From NCBI RefSeq assembly GCF_000698785.1, contig NZ_CP007536.1, forward strand, positions 960,001 to 992,000: a stretch of 32,000 nt of DNA, in the 5' to 3' direction. Each line of letters begins with the position of its first letter. The first letter of the stretch is position 1. The notes below the pieces were generated by a model. The model saw nothing but the letters and a program-made list of their open reading frames with translations. It made no database searches and was not told the origin of the DNA. Of this stretch, positions 1 through 7,046 are shown piece after piece. Origin of the DNA: Nitrososphaera viennensis EN76 (GTDB lineage: Archaea; Thermoproteota; Nitrososphaeria; Nitrososphaerales; Nitrososphaeraceae). The position numbers and the translations under genes are program-made.

Positions 1-98
1 ACTGCAAAGATGCCGAATACAAGGACGCCAATCAGAATGCCAACAGCAATCTTGGGAACTCCTTCCGTTGCTCGTGCGATCTGGTTAGTAAATGACAT
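1..98 (-). CDS. N-terminal fragment of a membrane protein gene that runs off the left edge of the window
   Basis: Minus-strand ATG at 98..96 opens MSFTNQIARATEGVPKIAVGILIGVLVFGIFA..., a hydrophobic helix. The frame is still open at base 1. It is absent from the ORF track only because it is truncated. Confidence 0.35.
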   Translation of the reverse strand, partial: MSFTNQIARATEGVPKIAVGILIGVLVFGIFA

Positions 99-121
99 TC
101 TATTTCGCATGCAATCTGGTG

Positions 122-130
122 TTATATAAA
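122..130 (+). promoter_or_regulatory. TATA-box-like element (TTATATAAA) upstream of the 143..856 gene
   Basis: AT-rich TTATATAAA in otherwise GC-rich DNA. Archaeal TATA boxes lie ~25 nt upstream of the TSS, so the true start codon is probably downstream of the TTG at 143 (TTG 191 or GTG 212). Confidence 0.35.
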
Positions 131-142
131 GAATGAGACAGT

Positions 143-856
143 TTGTCCAACTGGACGGTTTATCCAACCCTTTGCGCGGCACGTAAATACTTGTTCGGGC
201 AACCAAAGAGAGTGCACACTTTTGTAAGAGCGCTTGAAAAGGTGGCAAGCAGGTACGCCCCAAGCAGGCTCCTCTCCTTTGGAGAGGTGCACGTCTTTGT
301 GGCCTTGCAGTTGATGAGCAGGCGCGGCCACGTGAGCAGGGACGCTCTTTCAAAAGAGCTTGCCCTTGGCGGGGGCGCGGTAAAGACCCTCGTCAAGCAC
401 ATGAAGATGGCAGGCCTGATAGAGACCTCAAACGGCGGCACGAAAATGACCGCAAAGGGCAGGGGCATCTTTGAGGGCCTTGCATCGGCAATCCCGGCGG
501 AAATGGACCTGCCGAGGCTGCAGGTTGCGCTGGGCAGGCACAACTATGCAGTTCTTTTGCGCGAGTTTGGCTTTGCGGTCAGGTCGGGGATCGAGCAGCG
601 GGATGCTGCAATAAAGATGGGCGCAGCAGGCGCGACCACCCTTTTGTACCGGGACGGCAGGTTTGCCATGCCTGACAGCGGGCAGGACCCGCTGAAAAAA
701 GAGCAGACGCTCAAAAAAGAGCTTGCCGACACGCTAAAGCCGCAGGAAGGCGACGTGGTGATAATCGGCAGCGCGGAAAAGGGCAAGGTGGCCGAGCTTG
801 CCGCAAAAAGCGCGGCACTTGCCACCATAATGGCGCACGAAAAGCATGCCAGCTAG
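143..856 (+). CDS. Archaeal winged-helix protein, DUF4443-like (putative regulator)
   Basis: 237-codon ORF with GC-rich third positions. The N-terminal segment SRRGHVSRDALSKELALGGGAVKTLVKHMKMAGLIETSNGG reads as a wHTH. The architecture recalls the archaeal DUF4443 family, recognised from memory and not searched. The start is uncertain (143 TTG / 191 TTG / 212 GTG). Confidence 0.65.
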   Translation: MSNWTVYPTLCAARKYLFGQPKRVHTFVRALEKVASRYAPSRLLSFGEVHVFVALQLMSRRGHVSRDALSKELALGGGAVKTLVKHMKMAGLIETSNGGTKMTAKGRGIFEGLASAIPAEMDLPRLQVALGRHNYAVLLREFGFAVRSGIEQRDAAIKMGAAGATTLLYRDGRFAMPDSGQDPLKKEQTLKKELADTLKPQEGDVVIIGSAEKGKVAELAAKSAALATIMAHEKHAS

Positions 857-1018
857 CCAGCCGACTTCAGTCCTTGCGGTAGGCGTAGACCTTGGCGCCA
901 AGGGACCGTTGTCCTCTTTTCTTACCAATCTTGCCATGCGCTTTCCATACCAAGTAGGCCAAATAAACCTGGTAGTAATTTACGACTTACCCAGTACTCT
1001 AGAACTAACTTCGGGCAA

Positions 1019-1027
1019 TTTAATATA
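1019..1027 (+). promoter_or_regulatory. TATA-like box TTTAATATA for the 1055..1240 small gene
   Basis: Centred ~32 nt upstream of the ATG at 1055, which fits a very short or absent leader. Confidence 0.4.
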
Positions 1028-1054
1028 GTAGAAGAATAGCAGAACGGCCTGCAT

Positions 1055-1240
1055 ATGGGATTTCTCAAAAAGCTAAAGGATGCGGCAGGGCAGGGCGTTG
1101 AAAAGGGCACAGAGCTTGGCAAGAAGGGAATCGAAAAAGGCGCGGAGGTAGGCACAAAGGCGTACGACGGCGCAAAAGAAGCGGCGCAGAAAGGCTACGA
1201 AAAGGCGCGGGAAGACAAGAAAAAAGAAGAGGAAAAGTAA
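1055..1240 (+). CDS. Small hydrophilic Lys/Glu/Gly-rich protein (61 aa), hydrophilin/stress-protein-like
   Basis: ATG start with a TATA-like box at the expected distance. The sequence has repetitive (E/K)KG-x-E-x-G-x-K periods and a KKKEEEK tail. No family was recognised. Confidence 0.55.
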   Translation: MGFLKKLKDAAGQGVEKGTELGKKGIEKGAEVGTKAYDGAKEAAQKGYEKAREDKKKEEEK

Positions 1241-1247
1241 GGACTAG

Positions 1248-1826
1248 TCAGTTCCCCAGCGTCCTCACCATGCCGACTATGCCGTAGAGCGGAGTCTCTC
1301 CAAAGTGGTTCAGGACGCTCGTGTCAATCGTGAATACGATCACCTGCTTTTGCAGGATCTTGATCGTGACTGGCGTTTCGACCGGCCCGTCCCTCGTGGT
1401 TATCGTGGCTTTGCCCTCAAGGGTGGTTGAGGAATCGTCTGAGAACCACTTGCTCACCTTGAAGTCGCTTATCGCGTGCCTGTGCATCGCGTTGCCGTCT
1501 GTCATGACCATCCTGACCGATGCCCTGAACGATACGTTCGGGTTTTCATTTCCGCCGTCAGGCTGGGTGACTATCATCCTCCACGGGCCATAGACCAGCC
1601 AGTGGGCGCCGTCTGCCCCGGTCTGCATGGTTGAAAACACGCCGCTTGCGACCATACGCTTGTTGTCCTTCATTGCCGCCGTGATGCGGTCAGACATGCC
1701 CAGGTTGTCGCCCTGAGCCTGCGCAACGTTGCCGGACAGGAGGGCTGAAAATGCCATCCCTGCCACCAGAATTGCGCTAAGGCCAAGTATTGCTGCTGCC
1801 TGCTGCTGTTGTTTGGCAGTTGTCAT
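1248..1826 (-). CDS. Exported/membrane-anchored hypothetical protein (192 aa)
   Basis: ATG at 1826 gives MTTAKQQQQAAAILGLSAILVAGMAFSALLSGNVAQAQG, a signal peptide or anchor. The 17 codons upstream (GVG start at 1877 is GTG) look non-native. No family was recognised. Confidence 0.7.
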   Translation of the reverse strand: MTTAKQQQQAAAILGLSAILVAGMAFSALLSGNVAQAQGDNLGMSDRITAAMKDNKRMVASGVFSTMQTGADGAHWLVYGPWRMIVTQPDGGNENPNVSFRASVRMVMTDGNAMHRHAISDFKVSKWFSDDSSTTLEGKATITTRDGPVETPVTIKILQKQVIVFTIDTSVLNHFGETPLYGIVGMVRTLGN

Positions 1827-1931
1827 GGTGTACGCCCCATCCTGCTTCCAGATATGTCTTATGTAAAAGAAATACACGGTCGTTAGGGCAAATCCTTTTA
1901 CCCGCGAAAGGGAACGATAGGATCAAGCGCC

Positions 1932-2651
1932 TTGCTCTCACCCACCGTTGACCTCAAGCAGATACAGGCAAGGGCCGAGCGCACCATAGAAAAAGGCGTC
2001 CAGATAGACCTGTCGACTACGCTGTGCAAGCGCTACCTGCGCCGGCACGCAAACCAGAAGACAAGCGTCGTCGTCCTTTACGTGGACATTGACGGCTCGA
2101 CCAAGCTGACGCAGAGCGTGCCTTCCACGCAGCTTGCGCTCATACTCCAGCTTTTTTCGCAGGAGATGAGCCTCCTCGTGTCAAACTATGGAGGATACGT
2201 GCTGAAATACGTGGGCGACGCAGTCATTGCGCTTTTTCCTGCCGAGCACAACGTGGAGCAGGCGTGCAAGAACGCGCTTGAATGCGGGTGGACCATGCTT
2301 GAGGCCATCAGCGGAGGAATCAACCCTGCGCTGAAATCCCACGGCCTTCCAGAGCTGGGGGTAAAGGTGTCTATGGACTATGGCGAGGTCCTGGTGGTGC
2401 TGTACGGAAAGAGCCTTGAAAACTCGCACATCGACATCATCGGCTCGAACATCAGCATGGCGGCAAAGATGCTTGCGTTTGCCCCGTCTGGAAGCATCGT
2501 AATGATGGGCATGAGGGCGCATGACAATCTCGGCGAGGCCGTGAAAAAAGGAATTCAGGAAATCCACGACCCTGACTGGTCATACACCGACGAAAAGACG
2601 GGCTGGCGCTACAGGCTCTATTATTATCACCCTCCTTCTTCTCCCTCCTAG
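1932..2651 (+). CDS. Class III adenylate/guanylate cyclase catalytic domain protein, stand-alone (239 aa, TTG start)
   Basis: Cyclase-homology-domain motifs are VVVLYVDIDGSTKL (first metal Asp region) and GGYVLKYVGDAVIALFP (second metal Asp). GSNISMAAKM sits where GxxVNxAAR(L) is expected. There is no extra sensor domain. Confidence 0.8.
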   Translation: MLSPTVDLKQIQARAERTIEKGVQIDLSTTLCKRYLRRHANQKTSVVVLYVDIDGSTKLTQSVPSTQLALILQLFSQEMSLLVSNYGGYVLKYVGDAVIALFPAEHNVEQACKNALECGWTMLEAISGGINPALKSHGLPELGVKVSMDYGEVLVVLYGKSLENSHIDIIGSNISMAAKMLAFAPSGSIVMMGMRAHDNLGEAVKKGIQEIHDPDWSYTDEKTGWRYRLYYYHPPSSPS

Positions 2652-2693
2652 CTTTACGCCTATTAGGCATGCCATGCAACAATATGCTGTCAT

Positions 2694-3131
2694 ATGAGCG
2701 CAGTAAGCGAGATAATGTCAAAAGGCGCCGTCGCCGTCGACCTTGAACCCGGCACTTCCGCGCTTGATGTCGCCTCTGCGATGGTCAGGGGCAGGGCAGG
2801 CGCGATCATCGCCATCAAGAGTGGCAGGCCGGCAGGCATAATCACCGAGCGCGACCTGCTCAAAAAAGTCGCGGCAAAAAACATCAAGCCGGATCAGGTC
2901 AGGGCCGAGGACATCATGTCGTCGCCGCTTGTGACGGTCAAGGCCTACGACTCTGTCGACACCGCGGCTGGCCTGATGGCCAGGAACAGGATAAAGAGGC
3001 TGCCGGTGCTGGAAGACGACGGGTCGCTTGCAGGCATGCTTTCTGCCACTGACATTGCAAAAAGGCTGGCCAAGATACTGGCCGACGACCAGAGCAGGTA
3101 CAGCTCGCTCAGGCCGGCGCTCGAGCTGTAG
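2694..3131 (+). CDS. CBS-domain pair protein (145 aa)
   Basis: Two CBS repeats are visible: IMSKGAVAV...GIITERDLLKKV and IMSSPLVTV...RIKRLPVLEDDGSLAGMLSATDIAKRL. A T6 tract at 3146..3151 follows the stop. Confidence 0.9.
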   Translation: MSAVSEIMSKGAVAVDLEPGTSALDVASAMVRGRAGAIIAIKSGRPAGIITERDLLKKVAAKNIKPDQVRAEDIMSSPLVTVKAYDSVDTAAGLMARNRIKRLPVLEDDGSLAGMLSATDIAKRLAKILADDQSRYSSLRPALEL

Positions 3132-3267
3132 AAAAGACTGCCAGATTTTTTGCCACATATATGCACCAGCTTTTGGTAACGGTATTTGAAAGCGGGACGC
3201 GCAATACATTTTTTGCAGCAGCATGGCCATGTCATGTAAATACTGCAAGGTGAAACTGTTATCTCAC

Positions 3268-3721
3268 ATGGTTGTTTCGAGAATCCTGGTGCCCCACGAC
3301 GGAACGGAGATGTCCGACAGGGCACTTGAAAAGGCGACCGAGTTTGCCAGGGCGTTCAAGGCAAGGATCATCATCGCGCACATTGTCGACAGCAGGTTCG
3401 TGCCACCAAGCGCAACCCTTGGCTTCATAAGCGACAGGACGTCGCTGGAAGGGGCCAGAACAGAGCTTGTCAAAATCCTAAAGTCCAGCGCAGAGCAAAT
3501 GCTCAAGGAAAAGATGGCAAAGGTAAAAGCGGATGGCATAAGCACCGACTTTGTTCTAGGAGTCGGATCTCCTGCTGACGAGATACAGCATCGCGCGCAG
3601 CACAGAATCAGACCTCATAGTGATGGGAAGCAGGCAGATGAAAAGCAACATCATGATGCTTGGCAGCGTCGCAAGGAAGGTGTCAGAGATGGTGCACTGC
3701 CCCGTCATGATAGTACGCTGA
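3268..3721 (+). pseudogene. Universal stress protein (UspA family) disrupted by a frameshift near 3598..3605
   Basis: The first reading frame gives MVVSRILVPHDGTEMSDRALEKATEFARAFKARIIIAHIVDS...GVGSPADEIQHRAQH. The canonical USP C-terminus ESDLIVMGSRQMKSNIMMLGSVARKVSEMVHCPVMIVR* continues in the next frame (3605..3721). The 211-aa ORF-track product (3223..3858) has a junk C-terminus. Confidence 0.7.
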
Positions 3722-3854
3722 TGATAATGGGGGCAATCAATCCTTGTGCCAGAGACTTCTTCTCTATGCAAAGGGCCTCTTTATCTGCCGCATCCGGCAA
3801 GCGCGCATCCCTCATAGATGTTATAAAGGCGGTCTGTGAATATACAGCTCAGCA

Positions 3855-4370
3855 ATGAGCTCCGAGACTCCGGCACCGTCAAGCGGCTCCCAGCCAGAGC
3901 TGGTCCTTGCAAGGTGGAGCGACCGCTTTTTCGCGTGGCTGATAGACTTTATCATAGTGCAGGTGGCACTTGGCGCAATATTTGCAGCTGCAGCATTTCC
4001 GTTCTGGTTTGGCGATTTTAGCCGCGCAGACAGGTTCTTCTGGGGAGACGGCCCGGTAAGATACGCCATCACGAGCGCCGTGTTCTTTGCATACTGGACG
4101 TTCTTTGAATCTACCAAGGGCCAGTCGATAGGCAAGATGGTGCTAAAGATAAGGACCGTCGACCTTGCAGGCAGGCCGGTTGACACGAAGGGCGCCGCGA
4201 TTCAGAGCTTTGGCAAGGCGTTCCTGCTTCCAATAGACGTCGTCCTTGGCTGGATATTCACAAACGACAAGAGGCAGCGCCTGTTCAACAGGGCAAGCGA
4301 CACGATCGTGATCAAGGAAACTACTGTCAGCACTACGCAACAGCCGGGCGCAAGCTACAGAAAGGATTAG
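3855..4370 (+). CDS. RDD family membrane protein (171 aa)
   Basis: ARWSDRFFAWLIDFIIV is the N-terminal R/D motif. Hydrophobic helices follow, then KGQSIGKMVLKIRTVDLAGRP and FNRASDTIV, which are typical of RDD domains. Confidence 0.85.
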   Translation: MSSETPAPSSGSQPELVLARWSDRFFAWLIDFIIVQVALGAIFAAAAFPFWFGDFSRADRFFWGDGPVRYAITSAVFFAYWTFFESTKGQSIGKMVLKIRTVDLAGRPVDTKGAAIQSFGKAFLLPIDVVLGWIFTNDKRQRLFNRASDTIVIKETTVSTTQQPGASYRKD

Positions 4371-5485
4371 TAGCAGACCATCTGGTCAGTGCCCGTTATC
4401 CGGAACGCCTCTTCCCTTGCGTCAAGCCCAAGGCCGGTGTAAATGTCGACGTGCTTGCCTATTACTCCCGGGCCGGTATCCGCCGCGGTGAACACCATTT
4501 CATTCCACGGCTCGGGAAGCAACGGGATTGCCATCTTTGTAAAATATGGGACAAGGTCCGTGTCAGTCGCCACGCGGCCGACCTGCGCCAAAAGGCCGCT
4601 TGAGGTCCCGGGCTGGCTTGAGACGTGGAAGGCGCCGCCCCAGTGCCCAAGGTAGTCGCCGGCGACGGTCTTGCCCGAGCCCTGTACCATCACCTGGTCT
4701 ACAAATCCCTTGTAGAACGTCCTTGTGCCCTCGTCAGTCAAGACATCGACTGTGCCCGTCCCGGCATAGTCCTCCTCCAGGGGAGTAAAGTAGCCGGTTA
4801 CGCGCCAGCCGTCAGTGCACGCCTTGCCCGCAAGAAGTGGATTGACGTCCAGCTTTTGCGCGGGGTAGATGAGGTACGGCGAAGGGATGTTGTTTCTTGC
4901 CGCAATGTCCGTCCAGGGCACCCCGTACGCCTGGCCTATCCTGTACAGCGTGTCGCCGGGCTGGACGGTGTAGACGATGTTGCCTGCAAGGTAGCCCTGC
5001 ACCCGGATCTCGTCTATTGCGGCCCACTCGTTTTCGGTGTTGCCGTACACGCTTATCTTGACATAGCGCGCGCTGACGTGCTGCTCAAACGCATAGTGCT
5101 CCAGCTCTCCTGTCGACCCGCTGCTGTTGCCCCTGTACGTGTCAAGGTACATTTCGCCGTCAAGGGACGTCCTTATCACAAAGTGCGAGGTCCGCGCGTC
5201 GCCCCTGTACCATGCAATGTCGACGCTGCAGAGTGTTTTTGGCGACCCGAGATCCAGCCTGATCCACGAGCCCGCCCCGTCGTTGGCCCATCCCGTATAC
5301 AGCTTGCCGTCGACGGCATTGCCAGGCGGGCTTGACGGCTGGCTGCCAGATGCCGAGACGTTGGCGGTTTTCAGGCTGCCGCATGACGCCGCGTCGGCCT
5401 GCATTGGAGCCGCAAAGAACAATGACGTGGCAACAATTGCTGATGCTGTCACCATCATCATCATTACGAAGGCAAGACGACGCAA
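4367..5485 (-). CDS. Secreted discoidin (F5/8 type C) - LysM - 3D/MltA-like domain protein (372 aa)
   Basis: The signal peptide is MRRLAFVMMMMVTASAIVATSLFFAAPMQADA. The discoidin-like region is NAVDGKLYTGWANDGAGSWIRLDLG...ARYVKISVYGNTENEWAAIDEIRVQGY. The LysM domain is YTVQPGDTLYRIGQAYGVPWTDIAARNNIPSPYLIYPAQKLDV. The 3D-domain-like C-terminus is RVTGYFTP...VQGSGKT...VATDTDLVPYFTKMAIP...FTAADTGPGVIGKHVDIYTG. Confidence 0.85.
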   Translation of the reverse strand: MRRLAFVMMMMVTASAIVATSLFFAAPMQADAASCGSLKTANVSASGSQPSSPPGNAVDGKLYTGWANDGAGSWIRLDLGSPKTLCSVDIAWYRGDARTSHFVIRTSLDGEMYLDTYRGNSSGSTGELEHYAFEQHVSARYVKISVYGNTENEWAAIDEIRVQGYLAGNIVYTVQPGDTLYRIGQAYGVPWTDIAARNNIPSPYLIYPAQKLDVNPLLAGKACTDGWRVTGYFTPLEEDYAGTGTVDVLTDEGTRTFYKGFVDQVMVQGSGKTVAGDYLGHWGGAFHVSSQPGTSSGLLAQVGRVATDTDLVPYFTKMAIPLLPEPWNEMVFTAADTGPGVIGKHVDIYTGLGLDAREEAFRITGTDQMVCY

Positions 5486-5560
5486 ATTCAGAGGCGAATA
5501 AAGGGCAATCCTTATTTTTCTTCAGGAAAGTCCTTACCTAACAGCGTAGTACAAGATTTA

Positions 5561-6025
5561 CTACTGAAGTTTTGAAACCAGGTTACCTGCTTCCATCTCG
5601 CCCTTTTTCGTGAGCGAGAACAGCTCCTCGCCGGCGTCGCTTGAGCCGTCCTTTTTCACCAGGCCGGCCTTGACCAGCCTGCCGGAAAAGTTGCCGCCGT
5701 CAAACCAGCTGCCGTAGGCCTTGCCCCAGTCGTTGAGCACCTGGCGGATCTGGGCCTTGCTCTGCTTTGGCTTTTGCATCAACGCGACAAGGATAAGGTC
5801 CTGCGTGCCAATGTCATCGACTTTTTCCACGATGCGCTGCTCTAGGCCGCGCGTGACCGTCTTTGAGCTGTCGCTGCTGTTGCCGTACACTGCCTGCTCT
5901 AGGCTTGCCACCCTCTTTTGCAGGTCCAAAACAACCTTTTCAAGATTGGAGCTGTCCAACGGAGTATATGTCAAAATGCAGAGGTACTTATTACTTTCTT
6001 GGCAGGTCCTTCTGCAGCCTGACAA
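5561..6025 (-). CDS. Hypothetical protein with coiled-coil N-terminal half and wHTH-like C-terminal half
   Basis: ORF of up to 154 codons with only TTG starts available (6025 or 5974). The C-terminal half DLILVALMQKPKQSKAQIRQVLNDWGK...GRLVKAGLVKKDG...LFSLTKKGEMEA resembles a winged helix. If the upstream mini-ORF is real, the TTG at 5974 is the likelier start. Confidence 0.6.
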   Translation of the reverse strand: MSGCRRTCQESNKYLCILTYTPLDSSNLEKVVLDLQKRVASLEQAVYGNSSDSSKTVTRGLEQRIVEKVDDIGTQDLILVALMQKPKQSKAQIRQVLNDWGKAYGSWFDGGNFSGRLVKAGLVKKDGSSDAGEELFSLTKKGEMEAGNLVSKLQ

Positions 6026-6149
6026 ACAGGTCCTTGGCCTTTTTCCGGGCGTCTTCGGTGAGCTCTTCGTTGAAAATCGTGTTGCTCAGCGCGTCGAGCA
6101 CCACCTGCCACTCGTCCATTGAAAGCGCAAACGCCTGCTTGTCGCCCAT
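5991..6149 (-). CDS. Unlisted small ORF (52 aa), helical acidic/basic mini-protein
   Basis: ATG at 6149 gives MGDKQAFALSMDEWQVVLDALSNTIFNEELTEDARKKAKDLFVRLQKDLPRK*. Third positions are GC-rich like the neighbouring genes. It is below the ORF-track length cutoff and ends 17 nt before the TTG at 5974 of the next gene. Confidence 0.5.
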   Translation of the reverse strand: MGDKQAFALSMDEWQVVLDALSNTIFNEELTEDARKKAKDLFVRLQKDLPRK

Positions 6150-6249
6150 CTAAATTTCAAATCATGGCGGGCGGCAAGCCAATATATGCCTTAGAGAATT
6201 GCGTGTGTGCAACATCTTTATTGCGGATTGCAGAATTGCAGGCCATAAT

Positions 6250-6381
6250 ATGTTCGAGGCTTCACCATTTGTAGTCATATTCCAGTACGCGTTCATTGCA
6301 GCGTTTCCGCTAGCCGGTCTTGCCGTGGTCACAAAATGGGTCTTTGAAGACTGGAAAAAGTCCAGGCGGACGCAAGGCTAG
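6250..6381 (+). CDS. Small single-pass membrane protein (43 aa)
   Basis: ATG at 6250 gives MFEASPFVVIFQYAFIAAFPLAGLAVVTKWVFEDWKKSRRTQG, one TM helix plus a basic tail. The TTG-extended form from 6199 is unlikely. Confidence 0.4.
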   Translation: MFEASPFVVIFQYAFIAAFPLAGLAVVTKWVFEDWKKSRRTQG

Positions 6382-6427
6382 ACAGTCTGCGGAATAGTTA
6401 TGTTTTTGCAAGCAGCAATATGGAGCA

Positions 6428-6640
6428 TTGTCAAGCAAGAATAATCCACCAGAGCCGTGCCAGTATTGCGGCCACCCGTTTTCCCTTCATTTTAGCGACG
6501 ACGTCAGGGGCATGGGAAGCAAGGATGCCAGAAACGTACACCAAGGGTGCAGCTACCAGTCGTCAAACGACGGCTCCATTTGCCAGTGCCCGGGGTTCAG
6601 GCCTGCCCGGAACGCAAATCCATTCAGCAGCCGAGGGTAA
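6428..6640 (+). CDS. Small Cys/His-rich putative zinc-binding protein (70 aa, TTG start)
   Basis: The motifs are PCQYCGHPFSLH ... GCSYQSSNDGSICQCPGF. About two thirds of third positions are G/C, as in bona fide genes here. There is no in-frame ATG, so the start is uncertain. Confidence 0.5.
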   Translation: MSSKNNPPEPCQYCGHPFSLHFSDDVRGMGSKDARNVHQGCSYQSSNDGSICQCPGFRPARNANPFSSRG

Positions 6641-6657
6641 GGAAAGAAGAAGAGGAG

Positions 6658-6801
6658 ATGCAGACTTGCTTCCACAATTGCGATATGAATCACGAATTGA
6701 AACAAGCCATCATTGCCCCGGCTGGCCGAGGGACGCAAGTGTACAGCATCATCATGCCAGAGCCGCGCGAAGCAGCTTTTTTTGCAACGATTCCTGTCTG
6801 A
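6658..6801 (+). CDS. Small Cys-rich protein, possibly truncated by a frameshift at a T7 run (6777..6783)
   Basis: ATG at 6658 gives MQTCFHNCDMNHELKQAIIAPAGRGTQVYSIIMPEPREAAFFATIPV*. With one extra T in the T7 run the reading continues ...AAFFCNDSCLISWPAMYDFQ* (to 6833), creating a symmetric CX3C...CX3C pattern. Confidence 0.35.
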   Translation: MQTCFHNCDMNHELKQAIIAPAGRGTQVYSIIMPEPREAAFFATIPV

Positions 6802-7046
6802 TTTCCTGGCCCGCGATGTATGACTTTCAATAGCAGAACGTCTAGCTGCGGATTGCAGAGAAGCCTCCAATTGCACCAGAGCAGTTGTACGAGATTATCG
6901 AAACAGTTATAATAGGAAAAATCTGTGTTATTTTTTCATCTAACTGTCAAACAATAGTACGATCTTACGTTGTAATTTCAAAATAATTACATTATCTATC
7001 ATTTTTGCTCAAGGCTTTAAAATCAGTGTTCCCAGTCATTACGGTG

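Noticed and set aside
4443-5541. Plus-strand ORFs (e.g. 4546..4788, 4625..5335, 5127..5501) antisense to the discoidin-LysM-3D gene
   Set aside because: The products are Arg/Pro-rich with no motifs, and they are antisense to a gene with three recognisable domains and a signal peptide.
6420-6833. 137-aa ATG-initiated ORF spanning the whole Cys-rich mini-ORF region
   Set aside because: The product is Arg/Ala/Ser/Thr-rich, typical of an off-frame reading. Third-position GC and Cys/His motifs favour the other two frames for most of its length. Only its last ~16 codons (FFCNDSCLISW...) look genuine; see the T7 frameshift finding.
6222-6859. Exact 13-mer TGCGGATTGCAGA at 6222..6234 and 6847..6859, with ATTGCA(G) half-repeats, flanking the mini-ORF cluster
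   Set aside because: About 7-15 exact 13-mer coincidences are expected by chance among all position pairs in 32 kb. The intergenic placement is suggestive of an operator, but the sequence alone does not support that.
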